In this document: in pieces, positions 25,833 through 38,562 of the stretch
How the letters are laid out: each line of letters begins with the position of its first letter
How positions within the stretch are numbered: the stretch's first letter is position 1
Source of the DNA: Ramazzottius varieornatus
Taxonomy: Eukaryota; Animalia; Tardigrada
DNA length: 64,000 nucleotides
NCBI GenBank assembly: GCA_001949185.1
Contig: BDGG01000005.1
Coordinates: forward strand, 2,643,972 to 2,707,971
Direction of reading: 5' to 3'
Translations under genes and position numbers: made by a program
Notes under the pieces: model-generated
Told to the model about the DNA's origin: nothing
The model's database searches: none
Seen by the model: only the letters and a program-made list of their open reading frames with translations

Positions 25833-25910
25833 TAGAGAACGGAATCGGGCCGCATGCGCTGCACTGTACTGCAGCTGTGCTGTGCTGCAGCACAGCTGCC
25901 GCGTGGCTGT
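25833..25910 (+). mobile_element. Left end of a hAT-type element related to 10893-11311, cut by the DIRS insertion
   Basis: TAGAGAACGGAATCGGGCCGCATGCGCTGCACTGTACTGCAG versus TGGAGCACGGAATCTGGCCGCATGCGCTGTACTGCACTGCAG at 10893. Confidence 0.65.
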
Positions 25911-26146
25911 GCCGGAAAGAGAGTCAACGCCGAAAGGTGTTACACTGCCGTTAACGCCATTTCGGCATTTCCCTCATTACAGAATAGTAATTTGATTAGG
26001 TTGCCATGTGGATCCTGAGTAGCTTACAGTCTAAATTTATAGCTGGAGTCAGTCACTGTTTCACGAAGTGAGCACATCAGCTTTTTTCTCAGCTTTTTTA
26101 CGTCTCCTCGACGGCAAACTCGCGACCTCAGAGCCTACACGGGGCT

Positions 26147-28163
26147 ATGCCTCCGGTAGCCAGCGATAGCCCTAGTGGACGACACCGTTACGGTACCAAA
26201 TACCCAGCGCTCGGCGTTGAAAGACGTTCGTCGCGCGGTCAGTGTGGATCGGGCCTTGGAGCTGTTCGCAGAACCCGGACGAGAAGACCGACAGGGAAGC
26301 CCAAGCCGCTTGGAGAATGGATTCAGAAGACTGGAAAGTGGATCTGGAAGACTGGAAAGACAGGGAACTGGTCCGGAATTACTTCGCGTGTCGGATAGAT
26401 CAGGAAGACAGGAAAGAAGAATGGAATACGAAGGGAGCGCGTATGTTGGTGGCCAAGTTGGACCTGGTGGACACGACGTCTTGATGGGTCAAATGGGACA
26501 TTCTTCCGGTGGACGATTACAAGGCGAACAAGCAGGCCGAAATGGAAGGGATCCGTGGTTGCCTACCGACGCCACCTACCCGACACCAGAAGAGATTGCC
26601 GCCACCCTTCGTCATGTCAAGCAGCTGGAAGCTAGAAACGAGTCCCTCCATCGTCAGGTACGCTCCTCCCCAACGTACTCAGTCTCCCGGGCCCCTTCGC
26701 CTCTACCGCAGTACGGCAATCAAATACCTTCCTCACCTACCCCAGTTGTCTACAGTGTCGTTTCAAAAAAGCCACCTCCTTCTACTCATTTCAACTTCCC
26801 CCCAGTCACTCCTACTGTTGACAAGCTGCTTCGACAAAAATCAGCCTACGTGGGTTTTCCAGGATCTGGTTACTGATAGATATGTGCCTGATAACACCAA
26901 GCGCAAACAACCCGGTGACCATAGTACAGGACACTTGGTGATCGTTGACTTGCCCTCCTGGCAAGATGCGTTTTTGACTTTCTCTCTCTATCGGAGCTAC
27001 TATTACCCCGATATGGCTATACCTTTCCTTGTCTATAGTAGCATTATCCGGGGGTTGGCTTCACGAAAGCCTGACGTGCGCTTTTGGTTGGAATATGACC
27101 AACGTTCCCGTCAAAAGATGGCATTGCCGGATTCTGATGTAACCGGGTGGTACCACGAGAACCGTGATATCGTTAAGGCCGTTAAAAATAATTTCAAGCC
27201 AACTGCTACTACTACCACAGTTATCGGCACCGTTGCTCGAGGTCCATACTCTGAGTGGATTCGCACCGCTACCTGCCATATATGCAGCGAGAAGGGCCAT
27301 ATCGCAAAAACATGCCCCAGCAAGAAAGAAGGTGTGAATAGATCTTCTAATAGAATTTTTAACATAGTTAAGTTAAGGAAATTCAAGATTTGTTCACGGT
27401 ATACAAAGCTAGAGTGAAAGCTACTAAACGGGATATTCTTAGCATTTGCGGACAATTGGGCTTCGCAACCAAATGTATCCCGGCTGGCAGAATCTTCCTC
27501 CGAAGGATGCTCAATCTTGCACATAAGGTTAAACAACTCGACCATCCTAAACTGAAACTGAACGATGGCTTCAGAGCAGATCTGCAGTGGTGGATAGATT
27601 TTCTTCCGACATGGAATGGCTCGTGCAAGTTTCTTCGGACAAAATGGGTGGCGACTCCAAGTATGCATCTATTCACCGAAGCATCAGGTAGCATCGGTTG
27701 CGGTGGTGTTTACGGCGTAGAATGATGGCCAAGCTGGCTACTTGAAGCCACCCATCCATTGCTTTGTTGGAACCGTTGCCAGTTTTGATCTCGTGTTGTG
27801 TTTGGGGGTCAAACTGGCAGACAAAGCGAATCTTATTTCATTCCGACAATATGTCGGTGGTCCAGATCTGGGCAAAATGTACGTCATCAAATGTCGCCAT
27901 CATGACGGTGATACGCCGCATCTATTTTGAAGCGGCAAACAACAATTTCACGCTAAGAATAACGCACATAAGCGGTGTCGATAATACATTGGCTGATGCT
28001 GTGTCTAGATTCGACAACGCGCGGTTCTTCGAAAACCATCCCAAGGCCAATACCGAGCCCATAATGGTAGACAAACATCCTCGATTTTTTGCGGGAGATC
28101 ATGCTAGAACGCGGAAACTGTTCGAACTCGATGCAAGATCGCAAGAGCTCGTCGGTAAGCGAT
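26147..28163 (+). mobile_element. DIRS-order (Ngaro-like) retroelement: gag with CCHC knuckle, RT C-terminus/RNase H, start of tyrosine recombinase; RT core deleted
   Basis: gag: WQDAFLTF...FWLEYDQRSRQKMA...CHICSEKGHIAKTCP. RT/RNase H: LSICGQLGFATKCIPAGRIFLRRM, DLQWWIDFLPTWNG, LFTEASG, FHSDNMSVV, HISGVDNTLADAVSR. Confidence 0.88.
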
Positions 28164-28225
28164 NNNNNNNNNNNNNNNNNNNNNNNNNNNNNNNNNNNNN
28201 NNNNNNNNNNNNNNNNNNNNNNNNN
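28164..28225. other. Assembly gap (62 N)
   Basis: Run of N. Confidence 1.
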
Positions 28226-28840
28226 ATATCATCTTTCCGAACTTGCTCGCTTCTTCCACAGACATCTTTCTGCAACAATATTCGAGTTTCTCATTGCAGC
28301 ACTGTGTTAATCCGAGCTCCTGGGTGTTCAAAGGTGTTTGCTTACCTGGCTTTCTGTTGGATTTCAGAAGGTAGTACCGTTCTTCGTTTGGTAACGATTT
28401 TTCCACCAGCTGCCCGATATTTCTTTCCGACATTTTCGGATACCTCCTCATCTTCGCTCTTTCCGGACATTCCGCTTAAGTTACCTTCCATCGTAGCTCC
28501 AGTTTCACCAGCTACGGCGATAAATAGCGAGGCAGAAGAATAAGCCGTGAACAAAAAAAAGAAGTAAAACGTCGTGGTTTCTAATATGAACAACTGGGAA
28601 GATTATTCACATATTTCCGTTCGGTTACAGTCGGCACACGAAGTTGTTTCAGACGTGGCCTGCACGAAATGCAAGGCTACCAGTCAGCAGTTCTGTCGTC
28701 CTGCCCGAAAGAGCTGTGATTGGCACAGTGGCGACGCCGAAGATTCGCACGTCGAATCCAGAGAATTCCGTCTTTTTAGCAAATGTACTGCTGTGCGGCA
28801 GTCAGCTTGGTCTCGCTGCATGCTGTGCAGCGCTGCGCCC
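28226..28840 (-). mobile_element. Subterminal region and start of a putative transposase ORF of the same hAT-type family
   Basis: The reverse complement of 28650-28840 shares blocks (GCACAGCATRCAGC, GACTRCCGCRCAG, CCACGTC) with 10968-11150. A minus ORF EGNLSGMSGK...KMSVEEASKFGKMI follows. Confidence 0.45.
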
Positions 28841-28997
28841 TCTTGACGCCTGGACCTTCTTTAACTACGAAACGAACACGGAAGTACTTGGGGTCAATGA
28901 AGGTAAACTGTCAAGGTAGGCGGATATACACAATTGCGTAAACCATTTGCCCAGCCTTCGCACAGTCCCCACAGACCCCAAGCGAAGGCTGATTAAA

Positions 28998-29790
28998 CTA
29001 ACCTGAGATTCGCAGCATAGTTTGGGTCAAGGAGACCATATCTGGTCGGACGTATCGGTTTGAAACGTCGCTGCTCCATCTACCCATGGCCCTAATCTGT
29101 TCCATGGAGCATCCGGCTTTAGAAGCCGTCGAAGCCGCTCCTATCCGGAAACTATGAGAGGTAAAGCCATCCCCGAGAAAAATTTGTAGCTCGCGATTGA
29201 CACGTTGGCGAGTCAGGTAGCATCCATCATGGGAAATGAATAATGGTGTATGTCTTGCTGAAGATCTGACCAGCATATAAGCGTGAAGGGCTTGTACGGG
29301 ACAAGTATCCGTTTGAGTTTTTGTTAGATAAACTGCAGGAGGTGTGGTTTTGCGATGGGTTTTATCTCGCCGCAAACATATTTGGACCGAATCGCAGGAT
29401 ATTTGTAAGTCATTCAGGACAAGGTTTGATTTGTCAAAACTTGTCTCCTTCGAACTGGTATACTCGGACACACGTAACATGCCGTAGAAGGCCATGGTAA
29501 AAGCCGACCAAAGCATCAGTTGGTCGTGTCGAGGAAAGAGAGATCCGAATAGGTCAGCTTTGAGCTGTCGTAAATGTTCTATTGTCAGAGGCTTTCTCTT
29601 ATATGTGTCGGGACGGGTTTGATTGGTTAGACCTTTCAACATCATTGAGAGGTAATAGTCATTTCTACCAGGAACAGAGTATCCGGACGGATTTCTTGAG
29701 GGTAGAAGCCATCTATTTTCGAGGATCTGTCTGGTGTGGCGAACTTTGGAAGGCAATCGAGCTAGCCGGAGCTCCACCATCCTGTAAGTA
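28998..29790 (-). CDS. Tyrosine recombinase of a DIRS/Ngaro element (N-terminus damaged)
   Basis: Catalytic set GMLRVSE, DKT, CPVQAL, SHSFRIGAAS, GRWSS and RYVR. Confidence 0.92.
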
Positions 29791-29864
29791 ACTTCAATCA
29801 ACCGCACCAGCTGTTGATTTGTGGCATTACTGCCTGTGGCTGTCATTCTTTCTCTTCCTACAGA

Positions 29865-32800
29865 AATGACCGATGTCCTAGGGATGACCGCTAGGGAAAT
29901 GGGGAGACAACTGACCCTGCGCTATGCGAATCTCAATGGGATAAAGTCAAAGACGGAAGAGGTGAAGTCATGGACGGAGAAAGGCAAAGCTGACATCGCG
30001 GCCTTCGTTGAAACATGGGCTGACGACAGCGTAACGGATTCATTGATTGTTGACTTGGTAAAGTTCAACGTCTACAGGAAAGACAGAGTGGGATGCCAGA
30101 AAGAATGTGGTGGTGGTGGTATCGCGATCGTAGCCAAGAAAGACCTCCACACTCTGAGAACTGTTGAATATGAAGTGGATGGACTGGAGCTGATGTGGGT
30201 AAAGATTGTGGGGATGAAGATGGTCGCACTGGTTGGTGTCCTCTACGCTCCAGGATATGATATGGAAGTGTTTGCAGAGCTTCCATATCATATTGCAGAG
30301 CTGCTCAAGGGATTGCAGAGCCGATCCCTTGAGAAGATTCCACCGTACCTGCGAAGAAACCTGTCCTAGTAGGTGACTTCAACTGCGCAGACATCGACTG
30401 GGAAGACATGTCGGCTAAGAAACCCCGTACAAGAGAGCTGATATCTATCACGAGAGAGTTTGGTTTGTTCAAGAAGGTACGAGGTATCATCAGACAACGT
30501 AAAGAATCGTCATCCTGCCTTGACCTCCTCTTCGTAACTCAGCTTAGTCCGGTTCGTCAAGTCAGTATTCTTCCCAAGTTAACGTTCTCCAACGATCATC
30601 GTGGACTGCATTGTGCGCTGAGACTGTGGACGGTAAGCTTCCCAGCTCCGCCGAAGCCAATATGGGTGTTCGAGGCTGGAAGTCAGCAAGGTTTCCGTAA
30701 AGATGTGGACAGAGTCGACTGGAGATCGTTCTTCGATACTCAGTGTAACTCAGATATGGCAGCAGCTACCTGCGAAGCCAAACTGGTGGAAATTGCGCAG
30801 AAGCACTTCAGGTTGAAGAAAGTTGGACCCGGAAGTCTGAACCGACCATCACTCTCTCCACGGGTTATTGAAAGCCTTAAGAGACGTGACTGGGCTTTCG
30901 GGAAACGGAACAAGATGAGAAATTCAAAAGACTACAACTGTTGGGTGGACCGCGCAAGAGAAACAAAGAGGCTCCTGAAGGCAACCAGGGCGAAACAGCT
31001 CCGAAAAATCACCACTTTGTCAAGAAGGTGTCCAGAAGTGCTGTGAAAACATGTCAAGCGGTCGACAAAGTCAGAACGTCTTCTTCCTATCCCTCTACCT
31101 GGCGCTGAAGAGGAGTACCTAATCCATCCGAAAGAGAAAGCTAACCACATTGCCTCCGTCTTCCTGAAAGATTATGTCGACTGTGACCACCACTGCCACC
31201 ACCCAATAAACGAAGCTCAATCAACTGTGACCAAATGTAAGGAGTGGTTGCAAAACTCAAATGTTTCAGCACCGGAAGTATGGAATGTACTGAGGAACAT
31301 CTCTGTGAAGAAAGCAGCAGGCTCATCCCTTCTAACAAATGCTCTGATGAAGGCTGCTGGCTTTGCTCTCGTATATCCACTCCCTCGCCTCTTCAACCTT
31401 ATCCTTTCCACCAAGCAGTATCCTACCTTCTGGAAGAGGGCCGATGTTGTGCCGGTGCCGAAGAAGGGTGGCGCCACCTGGAGCCCACTATCTCTTTTAC
31501 CACTTCTGTCAAAAGTTTCTGAGAAGATTTTAGCTTTACAAATTTCGAGCTTCTTAGCGAAACACTTTGGTTTTAGGGCAAAACGGTCCACAGAATCCCA
31601 GCTGCTCCTTATGGTCCATCGGTGGTCACAATCGCTCTCCGAGGAGAAGGAAGTGGAAGCTGTGTGTCTCGACTGTACAAAAGCCTTTGATCGTATTCCT
31701 CATGAAGTGCTAGTGAGAAGTCTCCAAGACCATGGTGTTACTGGTGACTTGCTGGAACTGCTGGCAGGCTACCTACGTGGAAGGACTCAAAGAGTGACAG
31801 TTGGAGGCTACTATAGTGAATACAACGAGGTTCGGTCAGGCGTTCCGCAAGGTTCCGTTCTGGGCCCGCTGTTTTCCATTGTGGCGGTCAACAAGCTTTC
31901 CGACCAGGTGAAGTGCGAGCTCTTCCAGTACGCTGACGACTTGGTCGCTCACCATGTGATCGCTAGATCTGAAGACTGCCAAGCCTTTCAAGAATGTCCA
32001 AACCAGCTGGGTGAGAACTGTCAAGAAGCTAGGCTGAGTCTAAACCCGACGAAATCCCAACACATCCGCCTTTCCTTCAAAACATCTGGAAGTATTCCTG
32101 TCCCTCAAGGCAGCTATCACATTACCAGCCAGAATATCCCAACGGAAAGCCAGTCCACGTGCCTTGGTGTGGTGATCGACAGAAAGCTCAACTGGACCGC
32201 GCAGGTCGACGCAGTGTCTGTCAAGTGCCGGAAACGTCTCCACGCCATCCGCACGTATTTTCCACCACGCCGTGGTGCAGCCAGGCAACTCCTGTGCAAG
32301 AGCTTATTTCTTCCGGTCGCCGAATACGCCTGCTCAGTATGGAATCCAACAAACCATAAGCACCAAAGGCAACTGGAGCAGGTACAGAAAGATTTCCTGA
32401 AGAGCATCCGGCTGAGCAAGATACCAAAAGGACAACACGACAGCGATTTCAGCCAGTATCGCCAGCACCTGGCGGAAGTTCAGTGGGATTATCTGTGGAT
32501 GAGAAGAGCCAAGGCTGTGCTGGTCAACGCCTACCAGATTCGGACCGGAGGGTTCCCCGATGGAGAGCTCCTACTTACCAACGCTGGAGGCCTTCCGCAC
32601 CCTCGAGTCAACACAAGGAGCCAAGACCCGGCAAAGGTTCCTGACAGGAAGTTCCGAACTCAACCAGCCACAAGAATTAAAGAGGTTGACACTCTCAAGG
32701 TAACTTCTGATACGTTTGCCTATGTCGCCTCTGCTCTGGTAAATGATTCGAAATTTTGCCCATCTTCTGTAAATTGTCAAAGCTTGCCAGCCTTTAAATC

Positions 32801-32995
32801 TTTTCTCGATAAGCTGGATCTCCGTGGTTTTTCGTGGTGTGTGAAAAACATAGATAGTAGACTCTTGTAATTGTTACGTTTATTTGTTTGAACCTTTTTA
32901 TCTGGATCTCTTGCCCAATTTTTCATATTGTGTCATAGGCTGAGCACTTTGCTGGCGATTAAACACGATTAAAGCGAATAGTAATGATAATTAAG
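29865..32995 (+). mobile_element. Non-LTR retrotransposon (CR1/L2-group) ORF2: AP endonuclease plus RT, frameshifted
   Basis: APE: YANLNG, VETW, YRKDR...GGGIAI, GDFN, CLDLLF, NDH. RT: LDCTKAFDRI, GVPQGSVLGP, YADD. The ORF ends at 32870, followed by a 3' UTR and a short degenerate TAA-like tail. Confidence 0.93.
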
Positions 32996-33182
32996 TCTTG
33001 CTGTGTTGGGTCAAACGTGCCAGCCTTCATCTTCCTACCGACTTCTGCAACTTTCAACACTTAGACGTGAGAAACAGCGTGGTGTGATTTGGCCATCTCC
33101 GTATGAGAATGCGTCCAAAGCATTTTCGCCCGGAACTAGCCTTTTATGGCATCAAGTTCTTTGCAATGTTGAACCGAACCGT

Positions 33183-33321
33183 TATGGGCGGCGGATGCGG
33201 TTACCGTCCAAAGTAGCTATCGAAACTGACAGCTGCATGTTTCGATAGCTATCAAAACACGTACCAGATAGCTGTCAGTTTCGATAACTACTTTGGACGA
33301 TGACCGCATCCGCCGCCCATA
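33183..33321. mobile_element. MITE with about 50-bp terminal inverted repeats
   Basis: TATGGGCGGCGGATGCGGTTACCGTCCAAAGTAGCTATCGAAACTGACAGCT pairs with AGCTGTCAGTTTCGATAACTACTTTGGACGATGACCGCATCCGCCGCCCATA. Confidence 0.85.
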
Positions 33322-33378
33322 GTACCGTAGTCTCAATTTGCCAATTGCCGCACTCTGCCACGGTAATGAAATCAGAAT

Positions 33379-33420
33379 AGGGTGGGCGCGACCCGGCCAT
33401 GGTCGGGTCGCGCCCACCCT
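33379..33420. repeat. GC-rich palindrome with a perfect 17-bp stem
   Basis: AGGGTGGGCGCGACCCG-GCCATGGT-CGGGTCGCGCCCACCCT. Confidence 0.85.
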
Positions 33421-33888
33421 GAATCAGAACAAGTGGCTGAAAGATATAAAAATACCACTAGTTCCTAATTTCCTTCAGAAAACCAGATCTTCCTTTCTCA
33501 GCCTCGGATTTGAATTTTAAAACATTCAAACTACGTTTTGATAGAAAAGAATTGTTCCCAGTCACGGGACTTCTGTAAGGACCTGCCCAAAAAATCAAGC
33601 AAAAGGGTAAACTTTGGCCGCCTCAAAAAATAGCCTCTTTCTGAGCCTACCTTGCGCTATCCAACCGAGTCGAAACGTGCGGGCTCCATTACACACGCAT
33701 GCAACACACTGCACTACCGTCAGAAGAATAAATCAGGGCGATCGGAGGTGCGGCGGAGGCGCGGCACACGACGACCTAGCACGCATTCTAGCTCGGAGTT
33801 TGGAACTTGATATACCTAAGTCCCTTGTTCCTGAGTTTTTCCACCTAGACCTGTGTCTGTCTGGTAACCATGGATGGCTTTTGTGCAT

Positions 33889-35584
33889 AGGTTCCCAGGA
33901 TTGAATTTAATTTGTGCAGAAGAGGTAAGCTGGATATACGTCATCATTTTGCTCGACCAATGGGAAGAAAAAAATGGATTCTTCCGGGTGTCTTGAAGCA
34001 GGTCGATAGTACATGGTTCCTGAGGTGTAGGAAAAGAGAATCGAGCCGATCTGACGGTTAACTTCACTTTAATGACCGGTCGACTATTCCCAAACGGTAT
34101 AGTGTCTCAGTGGAGCCTTCTGTGCTTTTGATCATGATATTATAAGGTTAGTTTTACTGTAAATAATTAAACTTATCAACAACAGCACTGCGCATCTTTA
34201 TGTCACCCGTCACGCGACAAGCAATAATGAGCAATACCGACGCTCATAAACTTCACCGAACATCTGGAACCGTCCTATTAACATCGATACTGTCTAGTAT
34301 GACAATTTAAGGAAATGTGGGTCGACAATTTTATTATGTTTGACAGGAGCTCTTATATCGTTCGCCCAAACACCAAACGAACGAACCTAAACCGAAAATA
34401 TCTTGTGTAATGGATCGAGCTGAACGCTTCAGCATGACAAGTTCGGTTTCACAGAGCAAAGCAGATACTGCATAGGTACTCATCACAGAAAAAAGGAATG
34501 GTATTAGCGGCAAAACGAACGCAAATTTCTCTGTTCAAGAGGCGTGAGTTACGCAATCAAATCCGCGTCCGTTTGTTATTGGCAAGCACTTTAAGAAGTC
34601 CAATGGCATAATTTACATGCAGAAAATCGCATCTATAAAGCTGAAAAGGTACACGTCTCTTTTTGTATTATTCTCATTATTAACAATCGTTGTTTCTGGA
34701 TTGAAGATTGATCTCTTTCAGGTGAAAAAACGCGTTTCCCTAAAACTGCAAGCGAAACACTGAAGTATCTTATTAGCAACTTGTATACGGAGCGCTTCAG
34801 CGACGTCTACTCGCTCATGGAGATCTTTGCCGTTACCCCCGTCACTTCCGCAACAGGCGAACGTTTCTTCTCAAAGTTGAGGATTGAGAAGAATTACTTT
34901 CGTTCACGTATGGGCAACGATCGCCTCAACGGACTCACCCTAACCAATTTCCATAAAGAGTACCGAATCGACCACAAACAAGTCGCACAAAGGTATCTCG
35001 AGCGACCACTCGGCGACTTGCCGCTGACTACGGAGCCAACGCGCGAAGTTAACCTCGCGAACATGGAGGATGCGGATGAGATCGATCAACAAGGCCTGGA
35101 TCCAGAATTTCATGCGTTGGATGCGGACGAGTAATATCAAGATGTGCAATGCTTTCACTGATAAGCACGCTTTCATTATGGAAACAGCTCTTAAAAAATA
35201 TCTACAGAATGGTATCGTTTCGGATTTCCATATTATGTCCGATGATCACATAAGATTATTCCCCGTCCCTCTAATATCCAGACACATCAAATTCACAAGT
35301 CGATTAAAACATGATTTCCAGAACAAGAAGTTGTTATTCGAATTTTCGTTATGGCATTGCGGGCAAACCAGGACTGAATATAAACATCGTGAAACTCTGA
35401 GCGAACCTGCCAGAATTTTCTGAACTTGCATCTTGCTTGCGCTTACACCTCAGGAACCATGTACTATCGACCTGCATCAAGACACCCGGAAGAATCCATT
35501 TTTTTCTTCCCATTGGTCGGAAAATGATGACGTCTATCCAGCTTACCTCTTCTGCACAAATTAAAAATTCAATCCTGGGAACCT
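33889..35584. mobile_element. 1.7-kb unit bounded by about 140-bp inverted repeats (33889-34029 and 35444-35584), carrying a hAT transposase fragment
   Basis: AGGTTCCCAGGATTGAATTT...CATGGTTCCTGAGGTGTA is the near-exact reverse complement of TACACCTCAGGAACCATG...AATTCAATCCTGGGAACCT. Confidence 0.75.
34781..35134 (+). pseudogene. hAT transposase C-terminal dimerisation domain fragment
   Basis: PVTSATGERFFSKLRIEKNYFRSRMGNDRLNGL matches the hAT dimerisation motif. Confidence 0.85.
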
Positions 35585-35589
35585 TTGCC

Positions 35590-36760
35590 CTCGGGTCTTG
35601 TTCTCGTAGGTGTCCATGGTCAGCAGCGGTCGGGCTATATAAGCGCAGTCTAGACAGTCAAGCCCGCCATCGTCGGCTTGCTTGCGAACACTTTCCGTAA
35701 TGTCGAAGTAAATGCCCAGTTCGTCCATCATCTTGAACAAGACTGCCTTCCGCTGGTCGTTGTTTTCGAAGTTCGACAAAAATGTTTTGTCAAGGCGCAA
35801 GGTCACTTGCCTCACTGGGACGAATACCCAGCTTAGCACACCACGGAGCCATTGCTCCTAGGTTTCTGCAGTCCCATAGGTAAACGGTATTTGTTCCGGT
35901 CTTAAGCTGAATCCAAGTCTACACCTGTGCAATGTCACTGCATCGAATCTAACCAGTAAACTCTCGATCAGCTCGACGTATCGATCAGCGTAGTACGTAG
36001 TACCGTACAAAGTAACCGCCGTCACAGGCTGAGCTGTCTGGAGCAGCGATTTGAACACATGACTATGCTTGTGGACCAGCGCGATGTATTTACTCTCGCG
36101 TTGACGGGGATCGGGAAAGAACACGACCCGATTTACGCTATTTGGTTCGACAAGTAACAGCTCGTCAGACGAACGCTCCTTCTGAGCGTTACGCCGGAGT
36201 TCGACTTGATCCTTGCTATTGTCGCGAGAATTTCCTTCGGAATTTAAAATCAGAATTTTTCTACGAGAGTACGAGTACGACGAGTGTACGACTGATAGGG
36301 ATTTCCCCAAGGTATTAAGCCAGCCTACAGGCGGCGCTTCGTTAAAAGTATATAAGCTGGAAGCTGTCAGTTGTTCGACACTCTTTTTCCTTCAGTTGAA
36401 TGTTCATTAGTAAAGTACAGTACAAACTCCAGCTTTTGCCGGTCTTTTGTAAAGCCTAACTGGCTGACTGAGAGGTCTACGAGGTCCTCCAATCTTCCTT
36501 GGTGGATAAACCTGTCGATGGTCAGCGAAGCCTGAGTTTCCTGTAGGATCAAAGTCGAGGACGCTTGTCTAAGGCCTTTTGGAATACCGGGATCAACTGG
36601 CGGACACTGTCGAGGTAAATCTATGAGACGAACGAGTAGCCTACAGGTCCTAAAGGAAGAAAGGGTGACTCGTGTGACGGATAGGAACGTATCAGTGGTG
36701 GTTTGTCTGGAAGACTTGTGGAGTGGGGTTTTGCGTCGAACAACAGGCAGAGCGCCGGCA
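35590..36760 (-). pseudogene. Degraded intronless reading frame of unknown family
   Basis: Consecutive minus ORFs 36367-36552, 35858-36310 and 35561-35839 are separated by stops or frameshifts and truncated by the inverted repeat. Confidence 0.4.
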
Positions 36761-36982
36761 GCATCGGGTTCTCTACCAACTTGAAGTTTGGCTGAAGCTG
36801 ACGTCCGTTTAAAGTTCCTCGTTAGTCGGACGATAAAAATTATTAATCGAGATGCAGTGTGAATTAGCCCATCGCCCGAGCCAGCAATTTTGTTGCAGGC
36901 TTTTTGCCGTGGTGAGAGTTCTTTACGCTACACTAGCTTTGGTTTCAGGATACTGGAACGGAGGTTCGTCGGGAAAGAATGC

Positions 36983-37186
36983 TGTATTCCCTCGAATGTT
37001 CTGCGAATCACGTGACTGTCGTGGTAAATATCATCCGGCGGGGAGCAGAAAGTTTCTATACCTTCAATCAAAGACTGTTCCCCAGTCAAGTGCAATGATG
37101 GGCTACAATCAAACAATCAGCGATACCAGTGCGGGTGTAATCTACTGGCATGATGAGGTAATTCGCAGAACTATCGAGGGAATACA
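36983..37186. mobile_element. MITE with TGT...ACA ends
   Basis: TGTATTCCCTCGAATGTTCTGCGAAT pairs with ATTCGCAGAACTATCGAGGGAATACA. Confidence 0.7.
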
Positions 37187-37299
37187 GTATCGTACCCTTA
37201 TTGAATCTGGAGACCTTAAGCAGCGATGTCTTCCAATCGATCGACACCCTGTTAACAAAGTAGAAAAATTCACAACTCTCGTTGATGTCACTCCGCGAA

Positions 37300-38116
37300 T
37301 CATTCTTGTCTTCGAAAATTAGGTGAAATTCGTTTGGATATAAAATGGGCCGACCTGCATAATCTGCTGGACTGACCGACGTCCAAATAGGAGAACACTT
37401 CGTCGCGGATCAAGTACGCAATTCGACGCCACAGTTTTGCTTCGCTGTACGGACTCTCGATCTTGTGAATGTCTATCCCGATGCAGTGTTGCAGGACGCG
37501 AGAAGCAAAACCCTGCAAGAAACACGAAGGTTGCTGTTAACATATACAACCATACACATCGAAGAGCACCTTCCCCTAGACGGCTCATGCGATTGGACGC
37601 TATCTCGTGCGTATAGAAGCAAGACAAATAAAATCGTAACTTTTGACCCACAGCACGGTATACGGACCAGTGAGAAGTCCGGATGGAAATTATCCGTCCC
37701 ATTAATTCCTTCAGTCTGAGTTCCAGCTTGACCGTCCTCATCTCCCTCAGCCGCGCGATTTCGGTCTCCAGTTTGGTGTTTTTTCTCCGGAGAACCAGAT
37801 AGTCATCACCCATGTTACCTAGATCTCCAGCCACGAGATTCCCGAAGACTCCAAGGGAGGCCTCCACAACCACATTCTTGTTCTTCAGCTGAGCTTCCAG
37901 GAATACTTCACACGCTTCGTCTCCGTCGATGTTGAGACCCCCGTAGGTTGGGAACAATGAACTCTTCAGAACACCTCCGTTAGCTCTGCTGACTAGTAGA
38001 TGCAGAAGGCTATCAGCAGCTTGTGATCTCCTGCGCACATTGTCCATTAGTCTCTTGAATTTCATCAGCTCTGGATCGTTCTTCAGCAGCATCGCCTGAC
38101 TGACAACTGCCGCCAT
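37300..38116 (-). CDS. Hypothetical protein with a coiled-coil segment, probably spliced
   Basis: 265-codon ORF with coding-like composition (LRRKNTKLETEIARLREMRTVKLELRLKELM); no family recognised. Confidence 0.5.
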
Positions 38117-38562
38117 GTCTTTCCTCCTGTTGAAGCCGAAGGTCTGGTCTCAACTTGGAAATACCTCGAAAACAGAACCGCTATAGTCAGAGGAAACGTT
38201 TGAATTTCCTTTTGAAGTAAGGTTGTTGTGAAAAAAGACGACCGGAAACGGCGCGAATGAATGAAGCTTCTGAAGTAATGTCAGACCATGCAAGTCATGA
38301 CATCACATCCTTTGGCAACCATGACATGACATAACAACTTGACGTCAGCCAAGCCTCTGGAGACCAGTGTCCGCAAGTGTTTCTCAGTGAATAGATTTCT
38401 TGCGCATCCTCCATCAAAGTCGATCCTGTCCTTCCCTGCTTGTGGATTTCTGGCAGCTGTCCTCGTCACCAGGTGAAGTGAATCCTTGCGTTTTCTTCCT
38501 GTGTAACTTATGGAACTCTCCACGGAAGGACTGTTGTTTCGTTCCAGAAGGGAAACGGGGTC

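Noticed and set aside
26175-26876. Separate 233-aa gene upstream of DIRS gag
   Set aside because: More simply explained as the frameshifted 5' part of the same gag (it joins near SAYVGF/QDLVTD).
28998-29846. Phage integrase, suggesting a prophage or bacterial contamination
   Set aside because: The motifs and the adjacent gag/RNase H are those of eukaryotic DIRS/Ngaro retroelements, and the context is intron-containing animal genes.
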